From Octopus vulgaris (lineage: Eukaryota): DNA of 64,000 nucleotides. Below the pieces are notes generated by a model, which was not told where the DNA came from, did not search any database, and saw only the letters and a program-made list of their open reading frames with translations. Of this stretch, positions 1 through 15,019 are shown piece after piece. The position numbers and the translations under genes were made by a program. The stretch is taken from NCBI GenBank assembly GCA_951406725.2, contig OX597830.1, positions 10,912,001 through 10,976,000 of the forward strand, read 5' to 3'. The stretch's first letter is position 1; every line of letters begins with the position of its first letter.

Positions 1-1092
1 TGTGTGTGTGCCCAGCAAATGGGTAAGGCACATAATGATAAATGGTATAGATATACATGCGCGTATGTAAATTAGGTCAATATTTGAAGATGAGAACTTA
101 TTGAAATTAATAATTAGACAAATGTTATAATGAACAAAAAAAAAAAACAAATATAGATAAATTCAACGAAAGAAAAAATATACAAAAATCTATGGAAATA
201 AATTTCTTGTAGAAAATTGATAAAATATAATGTGTAAAAAAAAGTAACATAACAGATTGTTTATATAAAAATGTACACAAAAATGAATGTGTGTGTACAA
301 CTGTGTATGCATGTATGTTTGTATGTATGACATTGCATGTTTGACTGCGTATGCATGTATGTATGTCTGTATTTGTGTGTGTGTATGACTGTTTAAGCAT
401 AAATGTAGAGGCATAATCTGTACACACATACATACATACACATTCATGGACACATACACACACACATACATACATACACACACACACAAACACACATACT
501 TAGAAATATATACACATAGAAATATACATACACATATACATATTACATACACACAAACATACATACACACACGTAAACGCATACACATAAAAATATACAT
601 ACATACACACATGCACACAACCATACATATACACACACAAACACATATGCATACAAATATGCATACATACACACATACATACTACATACACATATACATA
701 CATACACACACACATACAAATATACAGACATACAAATATACACATATGCAAATATACATGCATACATACATTCATACATACATACATATACACACACAAA
801 CACATATGCATATAAATATGCATACATACACACATACATACTACATACACATATACATACATATACATACATACATACAAATATACAGACATACAAATAT
901 ACACATATGCAAATATACATGCATACATACATTCATACATACATACCAATATATATACAAACATGTATAGATATGTATGCATACACATGTATACAGTCAT
1001 AAACATGGTTCAGCTTTTGTGTATGCCAAGAACATACACTTAAAAACATATCTAATTATAAATGTATGTATGTACATGTGTGATACAGAGTT

Positions 1093-1709
<617 letters not shown>

Positions 1710-1782
1710 ACATACACCAGCCTATTGTTCGACATAATTTCTTATTCAAAGAATACACTTTTTCTTCAAATGCCCTCCTTAT

Positions 1783-1825
<43 letters not shown>

Positions 1826-2368
1826 TGCACACATACACACACACACACACAGACATATATCCACACACTCGCACACGTACACTTGCACGTATGCACATAG
1901 TCATGCCTTCGCAAACGCACTTAGAAAAGCACCTGCACACATGCACTCGCCTACCCACACATACACTCATGCATGCACAATAAACACACACACGCATACG
2001 CATGCATGCATACGCTCACAGACACATTCACACATACGTATTCATACACACACATACATTCATTCACACACACATACACACACACGCATATATATAAATA
2101 TATACACACACAAGCATATGTATATATAAACACACACACACATATATATACACACACACATACACATATATACAGACACATGCATATATATATATATATA
2201 TATCACAATCAAGGAACGGCCATAATAGGCCATTCACCCACTAGAAATAACAGCCAAAAGCTTTAACCGCAAAATAACATTAATACCGTAAACCAGGAGA
2301 AAATTGAAAAACTTTTACCCTGTAATTTCTTAGACGATGCACCCTATATTTTGCCACCCTATATTGAT

Positions 2369-2408
<40 letters not shown>

Positions 2409-2531
2409 TATATACACACACACACACGCATATATATAAATATATACACACACAAGCATATGTATATATAAACACACACACACATATATATACACACATA
2501 CACACACATACACATATATACAGACACATGC

Positions 2532-2574
<43 letters not shown>

Positions 2575-3167
2575 TATATATACACACACACACACGCATA
2601 TATATAAATATATACACACACAAGCATATGTATATATAAACACACACATATATATACACACATACACACACACACACATGCATTCGCACAACAATCACGC
2701 TCACACACTCATATTCACACAAGAAATACACTCACACACACACACACACACACACACACTGATGCTTAGCTGCGTATGTCACTAGACAGAAGCTGGTTTA
2801 ATTATCAGTGTTGTCATTCATAAATAAGTAGGCCTTAGCCAAGAGAATAATTAGGAGAAGCCTGAGGAAATATTTACACTAACTTCATTTCGTACAAACA
2901 GAGAAGAAAACATTGGTGAAGGGCTGAAAAATAAACGAGTCGGAAGAGGTGAAAGCAATCATCGCAGAGTGAAAATTAGAAAAGGAATGAGGGTTTACGG
3001 AATTGCAAAGGAATTAAGAAGAATATTGATGGCATTTTTCTGTTTAGCAACGTTCCTCGATTCTTTTAGTGAAAGTCTTCATGGTTTTGGTGAGAAACGA
3101 CTAAATCTGGGGATTGATGGCACCTTCAGAACCAAAGTATCAGATGTGTATCTTTTTATCTTTTATT

Positions 3168-3772
3168 TATTTCAGTCAGAAGGTTTTTAGTCAAATGAAC
3201 AGACACACTCCCCACCCACAATGCCTATTTATTTTTTTTTCAAAGTCTGGTACTTATTCTATCAGCCTCTTTTGCTGAACTGCTAAATTACGGGGATGTA
3301 AACACACCAGCACTGGTTATAAACCAGTGGCGGAGGACAAACACAGACACAAAAACACACATAGATACACATATGCGGTGAGCTGGCAGAATCATTAGCA
3401 CACCGGGCAAAATGCTCATCGGTATTTCGTCTGCCGTTACGTTCTGAGTTCAAATTCCGCCGAGGTCGACTTTGCCTTTCATCCTTTCGGGGTCGATTAA
3501 ATAAGTAACCAGTTACGCACTGGAGTCAATGTAATCGACTTAATCCCTTTGTCTGTCCTTGTTTGTCCCCTCTATGTTTAGCCCCCTGTGGGCAATAAAG
3601 AAATATATATAAGTACAATGGGCTTCTTTCAGTTTCCATCAACCAAATCCACTCACAAGGCTTTGGTGGGCCCAAGGGTATAATAGAAGACACTTGTTCC
3701 AGGTGCCACACAGACTGAACCCAGAACCATGTGGCTGGGGAGCAAACTTTTTACCACACTGCTACACCTGTG
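3168..3772 (-). mobile_element. CORE-type tRNA-derived SINE (family A), split by a family B SINE
   Basis: Reverse complement of the family A 3' half (3168-3365) and 5' half (3615-3772, contains gaagacacttgttccagg) flank the insertion. Confidence 0.8.
3375..3605 (+). mobile_element. Meta-domain-like SINE (family B)
   Basis: gcggtgagctggcagaa head, B-box-like gagttcaaattcc, and gactttgcctttcatcctttcggggtcga..aataagta central domain; many copies in the window. Confidence 0.85.
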
Positions 3773-4539
3773 TCTATATACGCAAAATTCATTGAAACAT
3801 GCAGCTTCTAACGGGCCTTCGTGTCACAGTATTAACATGAAGGGTCACATTTTATTTGAGAGCAATTTCAGCTCACACTAAGGACTGCTGTCCTCCCCTT
3901 TGGTTAAGGTTACCATGCACTTATACATATATGTGCAAACCAGGTGAGGCAGAGTTTACATTGTGAAAGACTGGCAATGCCCATACATGCAAGTCTCCAA
4001 TCTCCACTCCACCAATGCTGCCCATGGAAAATGACAAAGAATGCTACAGCATGGCACAAGTGTCATCACAAGAATTTGCTGACAGAATACAAAAAGTTGG
4101 ATTAATCAGCACAAGACTTTGAATCCCATCCAAAAGGTTCTGACAATCAATCCACCACTTTGAATTGGTAATTTTTTTGTACAGACCTCGAAAATATGAA
4201 ATGGAAAGTCACCCTTAGTGAGGTTTGAACTCACAGTACAGAAATTCAGAAAAAATACTGCAAAGGTGTTCTATCAAATACTCTACTAATTGTGCCAAGT
4301 TACCAAGTCACTCTAAGCTCTTGGCAAGTGTATTCCTATCAAACCAGGAGAGAGAGAAATGATGATAAATTCAGCCACGCCAACTACCATTAACCATTCG
4401 GTATTGAGGATACTCCATCAAATGTAACATTTGTTCACATTGTTACCAATTAATCATGCATTAGCTTGTAGCATAGGGCTCACAATTATGAGGTTCTGAG
4501 TTCGATTCCAACACCGAGCTGTATGTTGTGTTCTTGATG

Positions 4540-4924
4540 CTGCATAAAAAGCACCTGTTTTGGTGCCATGTAAAAAGCACCCATGCCTGTGTCACGCACA
4601 AAGCACTCGTGCTGGTTCCAAGTAAAAAGAATCTGTGCCGGTGTCACACAAAAGACACTTGTACCATTGCCACATCTGTGCTGGTGTCACATAAGTAACA
4701 AAACGCCCATGCTGGTGCCACATAAAAATTACCTGTGCTGATGTCATGCAAAAATCACCCAGGAGACTCTGTAAATTGATTGACATTAGGAAGGGCATCC
4801 AGCCATATAAACCATACCAAAAACAGACAATCGGAGCATGGTATAGACCTCCAGCTTCCCAGCTCTTGCCGAATTGCCCAACCCATGCCAGCATGGAAAA
4901 CAGATGACAAATGATGATGATGAT
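4540..4924 (+). mobile_element. RTE-associated SINE-like element (family C), degraded
   Basis: Repeated taaaaagcacc units, ttaggaagggcatccagc motif, acccatgccagcatggaaa, (ATG)n tail. Confidence 0.75.
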
Positions 4925-4977
4925 CAACCTCAGTATGCAGCTGATACTTATTTTATGGTTACCATTGACCTCATTGT

Positions 4978-5228
4978 GGAGGCACATGGCTTAGTGGTTA
5001 GGGTGTCAGCATCATGATCGTAAGATTGTGGTTTTGATTCCTGGACCGGGTGACACGTTGTGTTCTTGAGCAAAACACTTCATTTCACGTTGCTCCAGTT
5101 CACTCAGCTGGCAAAAATGAGTAATGCTGCGATGGACTGGTGTCTCGTCTAGCTGGGGAACACATACGCCATAGAAACTGGGAAACCGGGCCCATGAGCC
5201 TGGCTAGGCTTTGAAAGGGCACATTTAT
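4978..5228 (+). mobile_element. tRNA-derived SINE (family D) with CORE/V-like central motifs
   Basis: A-box-like tggcttagtgg, B-box-like gttttgattcc, tgtgttcttgagcaaaacactt, gcgatggactgg motif, T-rich tail; related partial copy at 59075-59200 on the minus strand. Confidence 0.7.
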
Positions 5229-5320
5229 TTTATTTTTTATTTATTGACCTCAGTACTTTATTTTATTGCTGGTATCAACCTCAGTGCTTGGTTGTTCCTT
5301 AATTTTACCACCACCACCAC

Positions 5321-5636
5321 CATCATCATCATCGTTTAACATCAATTCTCCTTGCTGGCATGGGTTGGACAGTTTGACTGAGGCCTGGAGAGCCAGCAGC
5401 TGCACTGGGCTCCAATCTGCTCTGGCAGAGTTTCTACAGCTGGATGCCCTTCTTAACAGTAACCACTCTGAGAGTGTAGTGGGTGCTTTTTACGTGTCAC
5501 TGGCATGGGGGACAGTCAGGCAGTACTGACATCAACCATATTCAAAAAGTGCTTTTTATGTGCCACTGGTACAGGAACCAGTCAGATGGTACTGGCATTG
5601 GCCACGTTCAGATGGCGCCTTTTACATGCCACCGGC
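5321..5636 (-). mobile_element. Family C SINE-like element
   Basis: (CAT)n tail then tttaac..gctggcatgggttggac..ctacagctggatgcccttc on the plus strand. Confidence 0.8.
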
Positions 5637-5940
5637 AAATTGCTACACAACCAGATCAATATCTCAACATCTTGCTCCATCTTTTAACACACTCACAACA
5701 AAATCTTCCACCTGTTCTCAAGACAGAAACAACATTTCCTAAAACTTAGGGCAGAATAGCAACCACATTAAAAACTGAAAAGCTACAGCTAGAACCTTGG
5801 TAAGAAGGTTCATGATGCAACTACATGGCTCTAAGTTCAATATTACTATGAGGCACCTTGGGAAAGCATCAACCCTGGGCCACCTAATGCCTTGTTAGTG
5901 AAATTTGGTAGACTGAAAGTATATAGAACATTGTGTGTGT

Positions 5941-5989
<49 letters not shown>

Positions 5990-6229
5990 AGTGTGTGTGT
6001 GTGTGAGTGTGTGTGTGTTTCATTTTGTTTCTTAATGTTCCATAACCTAGCAGTCTGACAACTGCAGATCACTATGAAATAAAGTAGCTGACTTGGATGA
6101 GTATAGGGGGGGAGCAGAATGATTGGCTGAAGATCTTCAAGGTGGTGCCTCCAGGATGGCTGTAGTCCAATGACTGAAACCAGGAAGAGTGCATATACAG
6201 AATGTACTCGTCTGGAGATGATCAGTGGT

Positions 6230-6470
6230 GAGGGGGGGAAAAGAAGAAGGAGAAGTGGAGGAGGAGGGGAGAAGGAGGAAGTGGAGGAGGAGGGGGAAAA
6301 GAAAAAGAAAAAGAAGTGGAGGAGGAGGAAGAAGTAGAAGAAGAAGAAGAAGAAGAAGAAGAAGAAGAAGAAGAAGAAGAAGAAGAAGAAGAAATGGAAG
6401 GAGAGGAAGAAGAAAATTATGATCATAGACATGATGATGGTGGTAGTGGTGGTGGTGGTGGTGGTGGTGT
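6230..6470. repeat. Purine-rich (GAA)n/(GGA)n/(GGT)n compound microsatellite
   Basis: Directly visible; explains the poly-E, poly-R and poly-F ORFs. Confidence 0.93.
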
Positions 6471-6815
6471 TAGAAGAAATGGAGGAACATCTCCCCAACA
6501 GATGCTATTGCCATCCTGCCTTATCTCAGATATTAGAACAACTGGTGTCTGACATGATTCCACAGTCTGGCATAAACCAATGTCTACAAGACAATCATCA
6601 CAGAGCGTTTCCAAAAGTTCTTCACTGGGTAAACTCCGTATCTCTGTTCCATTTCACAAACACACTTCCTTATCTTCAAGGAAATTTCAAAAATCTTAAT
6701 TTCAATTATTTATTTTTGCATCATATTTTAATGTCTGTAGTTTATCTCCTCCATGTTAGCAGTTCAACCTTTTTTCTCCGTTGCCTTCTTCTTCAGCTCC
6801 ACATTATACACACAC

Positions 6816-6864
<49 letters not shown>

Positions 6865-7496
6865 CGTACATATATATTTATATACACACCCATATGTACA
6901 TATATATATATACGCATATATATGCACATATACGTATATATGTATATATACATATATAAATATATATATACACATATATATACACACATATATATGTATA
7001 TATATATATGTATACATATATATACATATATAAATATATATATACACATATATATATGTATATATATATAAATACATATATATACACATATATAAATATA
7101 TATACATACACATATATAAATATATATATATACACATATAAATATATATATATATACATATTATGTACATATATACATATTATGTACATATATAAATATA
7201 TATATATATACATATATTAATATACACACAGATATAAATATATATATATGTATATATATACACACATATATAAATATACATATATATATATACACATATA
7301 TATTTATATATATACACATATATATATACACACACACAAACATTTCTCTCTCCTATCTCTGATTCATTTGCAGTCCTTTCTTTCATCACTTCCCCACCCA
7401 TATACACACATGTATAAACACACCTGCATGCACACACCTACACACACATATAAACCCATTAATACATGCATGCATACAGACAAGTGTATATGTATG

Positions 7497-7536
<40 letters not shown>

Positions 7537-8029
7537 TATGTTTGTATGTATGTATAAGCATATATACATACATAGCCATACACATGCACACATATATACA
7601 TATACAATACACATACATACACACACTTATTCTATCTGACCAATCAATGCCAACATGGAAAATGGATGTTAAATGCAATGATGATGATGATGGTAGTGAC
7701 ACACATGTATATTCAAGAATACACACACACACACACACACACACATGTATAAAAATATTCATATGCATATAAACACACAGATAAACACACCTTCAAGACA
7801 CAGACCCACGCACGCACACACACACACAAACACACACACACACACACACAAGACCTATTTTAATTATGGAAGTTAAAGTGTTTTCCTTATCTCCAGATTC
7901 TTTATCTTTCACAACTATTAAAAGTATCAGTCAGTCTATTAAGGACTTCCTCCTGTCTCTTTTGGAGTTCTTTAATTGGGATCTGACAGTTCCTTAAACT
8001 AAAAAAAAAAACATTTTTTGCCCATCCCA

Positions 8030-8440
8030 TTATTATTATTTTTATTATTATTGAGTGAGAGAGCAGTTCATGCCATCAAAGTGACACTGGGGTAAAATAT
8101 ACAAAGCCCAATATACCCATCATGACTACTCGTCTGATAAAGGTACACCAGGCACATGCATCACAACCATATGTGCGCGACATGGTGATCTCATATCAAG
8201 ATAAACAGCACATGACCTTGCAGGTGGGGCCCAGTTAGAATTTTCTTCAGGTTGAGTAGCCCATCCCGCTCAAACGGTCCCTGAATAAGGGTTGTTTAAG
8301 GATGTTGAAAAAACCACCCATGTTTCCAGAGGTGAATTATTCAAACCCCAAAGAATCCCTCTCAACACATGGCTATGATGCTCCCCCACTACTTCTGCTC
8401 ATGATCAGAGATGCACATATCGTCAGCCTCTAAGGGACAT
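8030..8440 (-). mobile_element. Probable non-autonomous retroelement with (AAT)n tail
   Basis: GC-balanced ~400-bp block abutting a (TTA)n tract; recalled as a dispersed Octopus repeat, but only one copy is present here. Confidence 0.45.
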
Positions 8441-8580
8441 AAATCAAACCCAGTACTTATTCTAACAGTCTCTTTTACTGAATGGTAAGTCAACGGGATG
8501 TAAACAAACCAGCAATGGTTGTCAGGCAGAGATAGAGGTGGGGTCAGATATAGACACAAAGACACACACATAAATATATA

Positions 8581-8935
8581 TCATCATCATTTAACGTCCG
8601 CTTTCCATGCTGGCATGGGTTGGACGGTTTGACTGGGGACTGGCAAACCAGATGGCCGCACCAGGCTCCAATCTGATCTGACAAGGTTTCTACAGCTGGA
8701 TGCCCTTTGTAACAGTAACCACTCTCAGAGTGTACTGGATGCTTTTTATGTGTCATTGGCATGGGCGCCAGTCAGGCGGCACTGACATCAACCATACTGG
8801 AGCAGTGCTTTTTACGTGCCACTGGCATGGGTGCCAGTCAGGCAGCACTGACATAAGCCATGACAATGATTTCACTTGACTCAACAGGTCTTCTCAAGCA
8901 CAGCATATTGCCCGACGATTGAAAGGTACTTTTAA
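8581..8935 (-). mobile_element. Family C SINE-like element
   Basis: catcatcatttaacgtccgctttccatgctggcatgggttggacgg plus internal ~55-bp repeats. Confidence 0.85.
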
Positions 8936-9125
8936 ACAAGACAATTATGCGTCATTTATATATATATATTATATAAAATTATAAATTAGGGTATCTACGA
9001 GATACCACCGTGCTGAAAATAGCAGCCATGATCCAACTCTAAAACCACCTTAAGTGTTCATATAGCAACATGGAGGGAAGACAAAAAGATAAGATGAAAC
9101 TAGTAAAAAAATTACATCCGTGGTG

Positions 9126-9414
9126 GACGATGAGTGACCTGAAAGACGATGAGTGACCTGGAAGACGATGAGTGACCTGGAAGATGATGAGTGACCCGAA
9201 AGACAATGTTGACTCAGAAGACAATGAGTGACCCGGAAGACAACGTGTGACCTGGAAGACGAAGTGTGACCTGGAAGACAATGAGTGATCCGGAAGACGA
9301 TGAGTAACCTGAAAGACGATGAGTGACCCGGAAGACGATGAGTGACCCGGAAGACGATGAGTGACCCGGAAGACGATGATGAGTGACCCGGAAGAAGATG
9401 AGTGACCTGGAAGA
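9126..9414 (+). repeat. 19-bp minisatellite (gaagacgatgagtgacccg)n, ~15 copies, transposase-derived
   Basis: Tandem units visible; the unit matches ctggaagatgatgagtgacctggaag at 9571-9596. Confidence 0.9.
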
Positions 9415-9438
9415 CTTGTTATGAGCGTCACCTCAGGA

Positions 9439-10129
9439 AAATTTTGTGTTAAACATGGAAAGTTTATTACAGACACATTGAGCATGCTTTGGCAAGCTTA
9501 TGGTGATAAGGCAATGGGTTGTATGCAATGTTTTGAGTAGTACAAGCACTGCAAAAGAGGTAGAACATCCCTGGAAGATGATGAGTGACCTGGAAGTCTT
9601 CTCGTGAGTGTCACCTTAGGAAAATTTTGCATTAAACCTGGAAGCCTTGTCACGAGTGTCACCTCAGGAAAATTTTGCATTAAACCTGGAAGACTTGTCA
9701 TGAGTGTCACCTCAGGAAATGTGGTATTGTGCATTGAGAGCCAGACCATTCAATTGAGAGTTCTACTGTAATGTTTGGAAGTGTTTGAAGGAGGACATTC
9801 GGTGACAGTGACTGCATCGGTGGAGTGTGGATTATTAGATTCTTCACTGAGCTCTCCTCACTTGAGAGGTTTTCACCAAAAACAACATGGTACCACCTGC
9901 ACACCAGCCCTGTTTGCCAGATTTAGCACCTGCAGAGACCTCCATCTCTTCCCCAAGATGAAAATGCTGCTCAAAGGTTACTGTTTTAACACTGTTGTCA
10001 AAATCTAGAAGCGAATCACAGAAGGTCCTCAACTTGCATACGGAAAATGACTTCCAGGCCAGATTCCAAAAGTGACAGGAACGCTGGGACCTGTGTATTG
10101 ATGCAAAAGGTAACTATTTTGAAGGAGAT
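9439..10129 (+). pseudogene. Decayed, internally deleted mariner (Tc1/mariner) transposase
   Basis: Manual translation gives KFCVKHGKFITDTLSMLWQAYGDKAMGCMQCFE*YKHCKRGRTSLEDDE*PG (N-terminal HTH) and HQPCLPDLAPA..HLFPKMKMLLKG..FQK*QERWDLCIDAKGNYFEGD (YSPDLAP-type motif and C-terminus), with stops and frameshifts. Confidence 0.9.
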
Positions 10130-10156
10130 GATGTTACAACTTAGGTAAGATCAAGA

Positions 10157-10508
10157 TCATCGTCATCATCGTTGTTTAACATCCGCTTTCCATGTTGGCA
10201 TGGTTTGGACGATTTGACTAAGGGCTGGCAAGCCAGAAGGCTACACCAGGCTCCAGTCTGATCTGGCAAAGTTTCTACAGCCAGATGTCCTTCCTAACAC
10301 CAACCGCTCCAGGAGTGTAGTGGGTACTTTTATGTGCCACCGGCACAAGGGACAGTCTGGTGGCACTGGCAATGACCACGCTCGAATAGTGCTTTTTACA
10401 TGCTACCGGCATGGGAGCCAGTCAGCAGCCCTGGCAACAATCACACTCAAATGACCCTTTGAAGGTTCCACTGGCACAGGTGCCAATCAGGCAGTACTGT
10501 CACTGGCC
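10157..10508 (-). mobile_element. Family C SINE-like element inserted in the mariner 3' end
   Basis: Same motifs as other family C copies; a mariner-like terminal sequence (aatctgggaatcttttgatactacccca-TA) resumes at ~10524-10553. Confidence 0.82.
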
Positions 10509-11578
10509 CCAGTAAACATAACTAATCTGGGAATCTTTTGATACTACCCCATATATATAGTTATGTGTATATAAACAGATCCCTCCAGGGAACACAGATT
10601 ATGTTAAGAACTGGTTGGTAGCCTGTGGTAATGAAAGCATTTTACAATTAAGGGGTGGGGAGACAAGTTGACCCAGGTCAATGTCATTGAAGACACTGCC
10701 AGAAACTATCAGGGTTGTATTGTCTAACATCTGCCACCACCCAAAGGGTACCCCTTTTAGCTCAAGTACCCCAACCATGTTTATAGAGAGAGGGCTCTGT
10801 CTTTATTAGCTGTCAATAGGATGTGTGAGTGCATCTGTGTATATGTAAGTGTGTATGTGAGTGTTTGTATGTTTGTAAATATGTATATGTGTGTATGTGT
10901 GTGTGTGTGTGTCAGAACAAACTTCCAAATTAGATAATAAGTGGATGTTCTATATTTATTATTTTTCTTTCTTCATCACCCCCATCATCATCATCATCAT
11001 CCCTCGCATCACCACCCTCCACCACCGTACACACACACACACACACACACACACGCATGCACACAACACCCACCCAGCCGCACTCTATTCTACAGAGGGC
11101 AGCACCATTATTACATCTTAAAATACTGAAATTGCTGTATGAATAGGAAATTAAATTTGTCCAGAGACAATTCAAAAGGAACTTTTACATTAAAAAGATA
11201 ATATTGTTGATGGAAGATACCATATGCTGAAAAGGAGGTGGGGAGGAGGACAAGGTGAAGACGGCAGATGGGGGTGCAGGGGGGGGGACACAATACACAA
11301 TCTGGTTTGTTTGTTTTGGGGTTGTTTGGGTTTTTTCTTTTTGGTATTTTTGTCCTCCTTTTATTCCGTCTGATTATATATTGTCCAACCTAAATAACAG
11401 CCACTGGCACAAACCATCTACTTTTTTTGTTGTTTGTTTGGGTTTTTCTTTTTTATTTTAATTCCTCATTCGCTTCTTTTCACTGTGTTATATTTTTGCG
11501 GAAAGAATGGAACAGAAAAAATATATTACTGAACCACTGTGTGTATATTCATTTATTATCTTATATACATACATGCAT

Positions 11579-11631
<53 letters not shown>

Positions 11632-12000
11632 TATATCCATTTACATATATATATATATATCCATTTACATATATATATATATATCCATAGATATATATAT
11701 ATATCCATAGATATATGTATATATCCATATATACATATATATATATGTATATATCCATATATATATATATATATATATATCCATAAATATATGTATATAT
11801 GCATATATATATATATATACATACATACACACACACACATATATATATACATGCACATACACTCATATATATATATATTCATATATATAGTATATATAGA
11901 CATAGAATAATTAAAAACAAATATTAAAAAACATACAATATCTTTAAATAATAAATATATATCCTATTCTTTTCGTACAACCGGTAATATTAACAATACC

Positions 12001-12031
<31 letters not shown>

Positions 12032-12051
12032 TATATATGTATGTATGTATG

Positions 12052-12089
<38 letters not shown>

Positions 12090-12856
12090 GACTGTATTAT
12101 GTATATTATATACATAGAGATGTACATACATTCATGTCTGTATGTGTATACAAGTGTGTGTGTTTGTGTGTGTGTGTGTGTAACTATTTGTTCACTCAAT
12201 ATTAAATACTTCCTGTTAGAGTGATTAAATCTTGTTAAACCGAAATCGGGAGAACAAACATTTGGGTCTAGACACAAATACAACAGAACAGAAGTGGAGG
12301 GTATATCTATGCAAGGGGTCGGGGTGGGGATACAATTTAGAATATCCATCCCACCCACAATTACCACCATCACCCACCACCCGGCCATCCACAAAACAGC
12401 CATGTCTTCTATCTCATGAAAACAAACACACAAACCAAAAAATATAGCAGGCAGATAAAAATCAGACCCCAAAGATATTCCCTAATTTCACCCTTTCAAA
12501 GGGAATTAAAATGTCACATCTCTATAATTTCGTATCAGAGCTGGGGCTTATGTCAGGTTTAATGGCTCATTGTTCATCCCCAGCTGGAGCAATCAGTAAA
12601 AGATGAGGGTTACAATTTCTCACTTCCAGACTCATATTATTCAGATGTCATGTTCATTTATTTATTACTGAAGGTACAGGCGTGTGGTTAAGAAGGTTGC
12701 TTTTTGACCAGGTGATGCTGAGTTCAGTCCCATTGCACTGCACCTTCGGGGAGTGTCTTTCTCCTGTCATCCCAGACTGACCAATGCCTGGAGAACAGAT
12801 TTGATAGATGGATATTATACAGCAACCCATTATATATATATATATATATATATATA

Positions 12857-13263
12857 GGCACAGGAGTGGCTGTGTGGTAAGTAGCTTGCTAACCAGCCAC
12901 ATGGTTCCGGGTTCAGTCCCACTGTGTGGCATCTTGGGCAAGTGTCTTCTGCTATAGCCTCGGGCTGCCCAAAGCCTTGTGAGTGGATTTGGTAGACGGA
13001 AACTGAAAGAATCCTGTCGTATATATGTATATATATATGCATGTGTATATGCTTGTGTGTCTGTGTTTGTCCCTCTAGCATTGCTTGACAACCAATGCTG
13101 GTGTGTTTATGTCCCCGTCACTTAGCAGTTCAGCAACAGAGACCGATAGAATAAGTACAGGGCTTACAAAGAATAAGTCCCGGGGTCGATTTGCTCGACT
13201 AAAGACGGTGCTCCAGCATGGCCGCAGTCAAATGACTGAAACAAGTAAAAAGAGTAAAAAGAG
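12857..13263 (+). mobile_element. Full-length CORE-type SINE (family A)
   Basis: tRNA-like head (tggctgtgtgg A-box, ggttcagtccc B-box), CORE-like cttgggcaagtgtctt, internal (TA/TG)n, 3' gctccagcatggccgcagtcaaatgactgaaac and (AAGAGTA)n tail. Confidence 0.92.
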
Positions 13264-13408
13264 TATATATATATATATATAGTACAAAGATAGGGGCTAT
13301 GAGGGTAACCCACTATAGGATATCAGTTCCTATTTATATAATTAATAAATAATATGAAATTGTAATATCTGTAAGTTGATGATTGACATGAATTTGTTCC
13401 TCCATTTT

Positions 13409-13483
<75 letters not shown>

Positions 13484-13773
13484 TAGAGACAAGCCGCCAT
13501 TTAGTTATTCAATCAATACTGAAACGATATTATCTATAATAACCTCAAAGAAATTAATTAAATATATTATTATTATTATTTTAAAAATCACAAAACAAAT
13601 CAAACATTATACTACGCACGTTTCATGACTAAATATATAAATCGATAATACAGCGGTTTGTCTTTAAATTCTATATATATAAAAAATATATTGTGAATTT
13701 TTTATTTAGTCTGCTAAATTGAATTTTTTCCCTGTTGCCTTGGAATTATTATATTCCCTAACTATTAATGATA

Positions 13774-13825
<52 letters not shown>

Positions 13826-14031
13826 AAACAAGAAATAGTTTTCGCTTCTTTTTATAGGACTGCAATAAAGAAGTGCTCAAATGAAACTGAGACAGAGATA
13901 AAAAAAGAAAAACACTGATTAAAAAACAAACATCGAATTCGAGTCAACAATTTTATATAACACCATACTTCCATATATTTGCTCATGTAAAAGGAATGCA
14001 TATATCATCGCACAGAAGGTAATAAATATGT

Positions 14032-14135
14032 ATCTTATATATTAAAATGTAAGTTGTCTGTCTGTCTGTGTGTGTGTTGTGTGAACCACTTCTACTTCTA
14101 CAATTTTCAACTGAATTTCACCAAATTTGACGTGT
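14032..14135 (+). mobile_element. Possible non-autonomous Helitron-like 5' end
   Basis: atcttatatattaaaa start, (GTCT)n tract, ttttcaactgaatttcaccaaatttg; a similar start lies on the minus strand at ~54600-54649. Confidence 0.45.
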
Positions 14136-15019
14136 GCTCTCTGACTTAGAATGCTTTTTCTTATAATTTTTTCCTCGAAATTCCATGTCCCCAACATAAA
14201 TCGACTACTCTCAATTCACCTAGGATTTGGCTTGAGCCACGAAAAAATGTGACACACACCAAATACTTTACTTTGTCAGCTGTGGCAAGCTCATATCGAC
14301 TGCTTGCACAGTACTGCCAGCAGTATTTATTTGCGAGTTATGATTTGCCTCTGTTTTCACATGAGCGCTCTTTCTCATATAATTATTCCAACTTAAACTG
14401 GCCACTTCAAAACTCTTACCCAAAATTTTAAAAATCTTTAATTAATTCAGTCTGTTTGATTAACGTTTTTGCCAACTACATTTCACTGTTTTTTGGGTGC
14501 TATACATTCACTGATTTTTCCTTAGGACTTTTTCTATTGCATAAACTGATAATTTTCCACCATGCTTCAATGCAAAAGATCCAATATAGGTCAGCAAACA
14601 AGTGCTGCAAAGGAAAGTTAACGTATGTGTACAAATGAATCTGCCAAGGACGCCACCAGGGGGAATTTGAACCCAGAATGTAAAGTGTGATGGGAGAAAT
14701 ATTATATTATCTGCAAGCAATCAGAATTGTTTGTTTTTACATCTGATTTTTCATACTAGCATGGGTTACACTTTTAATTTTTTACATGTTTCAGTCATTT
14801 GATTGCGGCCATGCTGGAGCACTGCTTTTAGTCGAACAAATTGTAAGCGTAGTACTCATCCTATCAGTCTCTTTTGCCGAACTGCTAAGTTTCAGGGATA
14901 TAAACACACCAACATTGGTTGTCAAGCAATGTGGGGGGGGGGGGAACAAACACAAACATATCATAAATATATATATATATATACATACACATATACATAC
15001 ACATATATACTCTCTCTCT

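Noticed and set aside
2853-3190. ~110-codon open frame in unique sequence
   Set aside because: No recognisable motif or convincing splice sites, and it ends in a SINE.
12538-12586. agctgggg..ccccagct hairpin as a pre-miRNA
   Set aside because: Only 8 bp of stem; no known miRNA recognised.
12857-12925. tRNA gene
   Set aside because: The A/B-box-like motifs are SINE heads; no complete cloverleaf.
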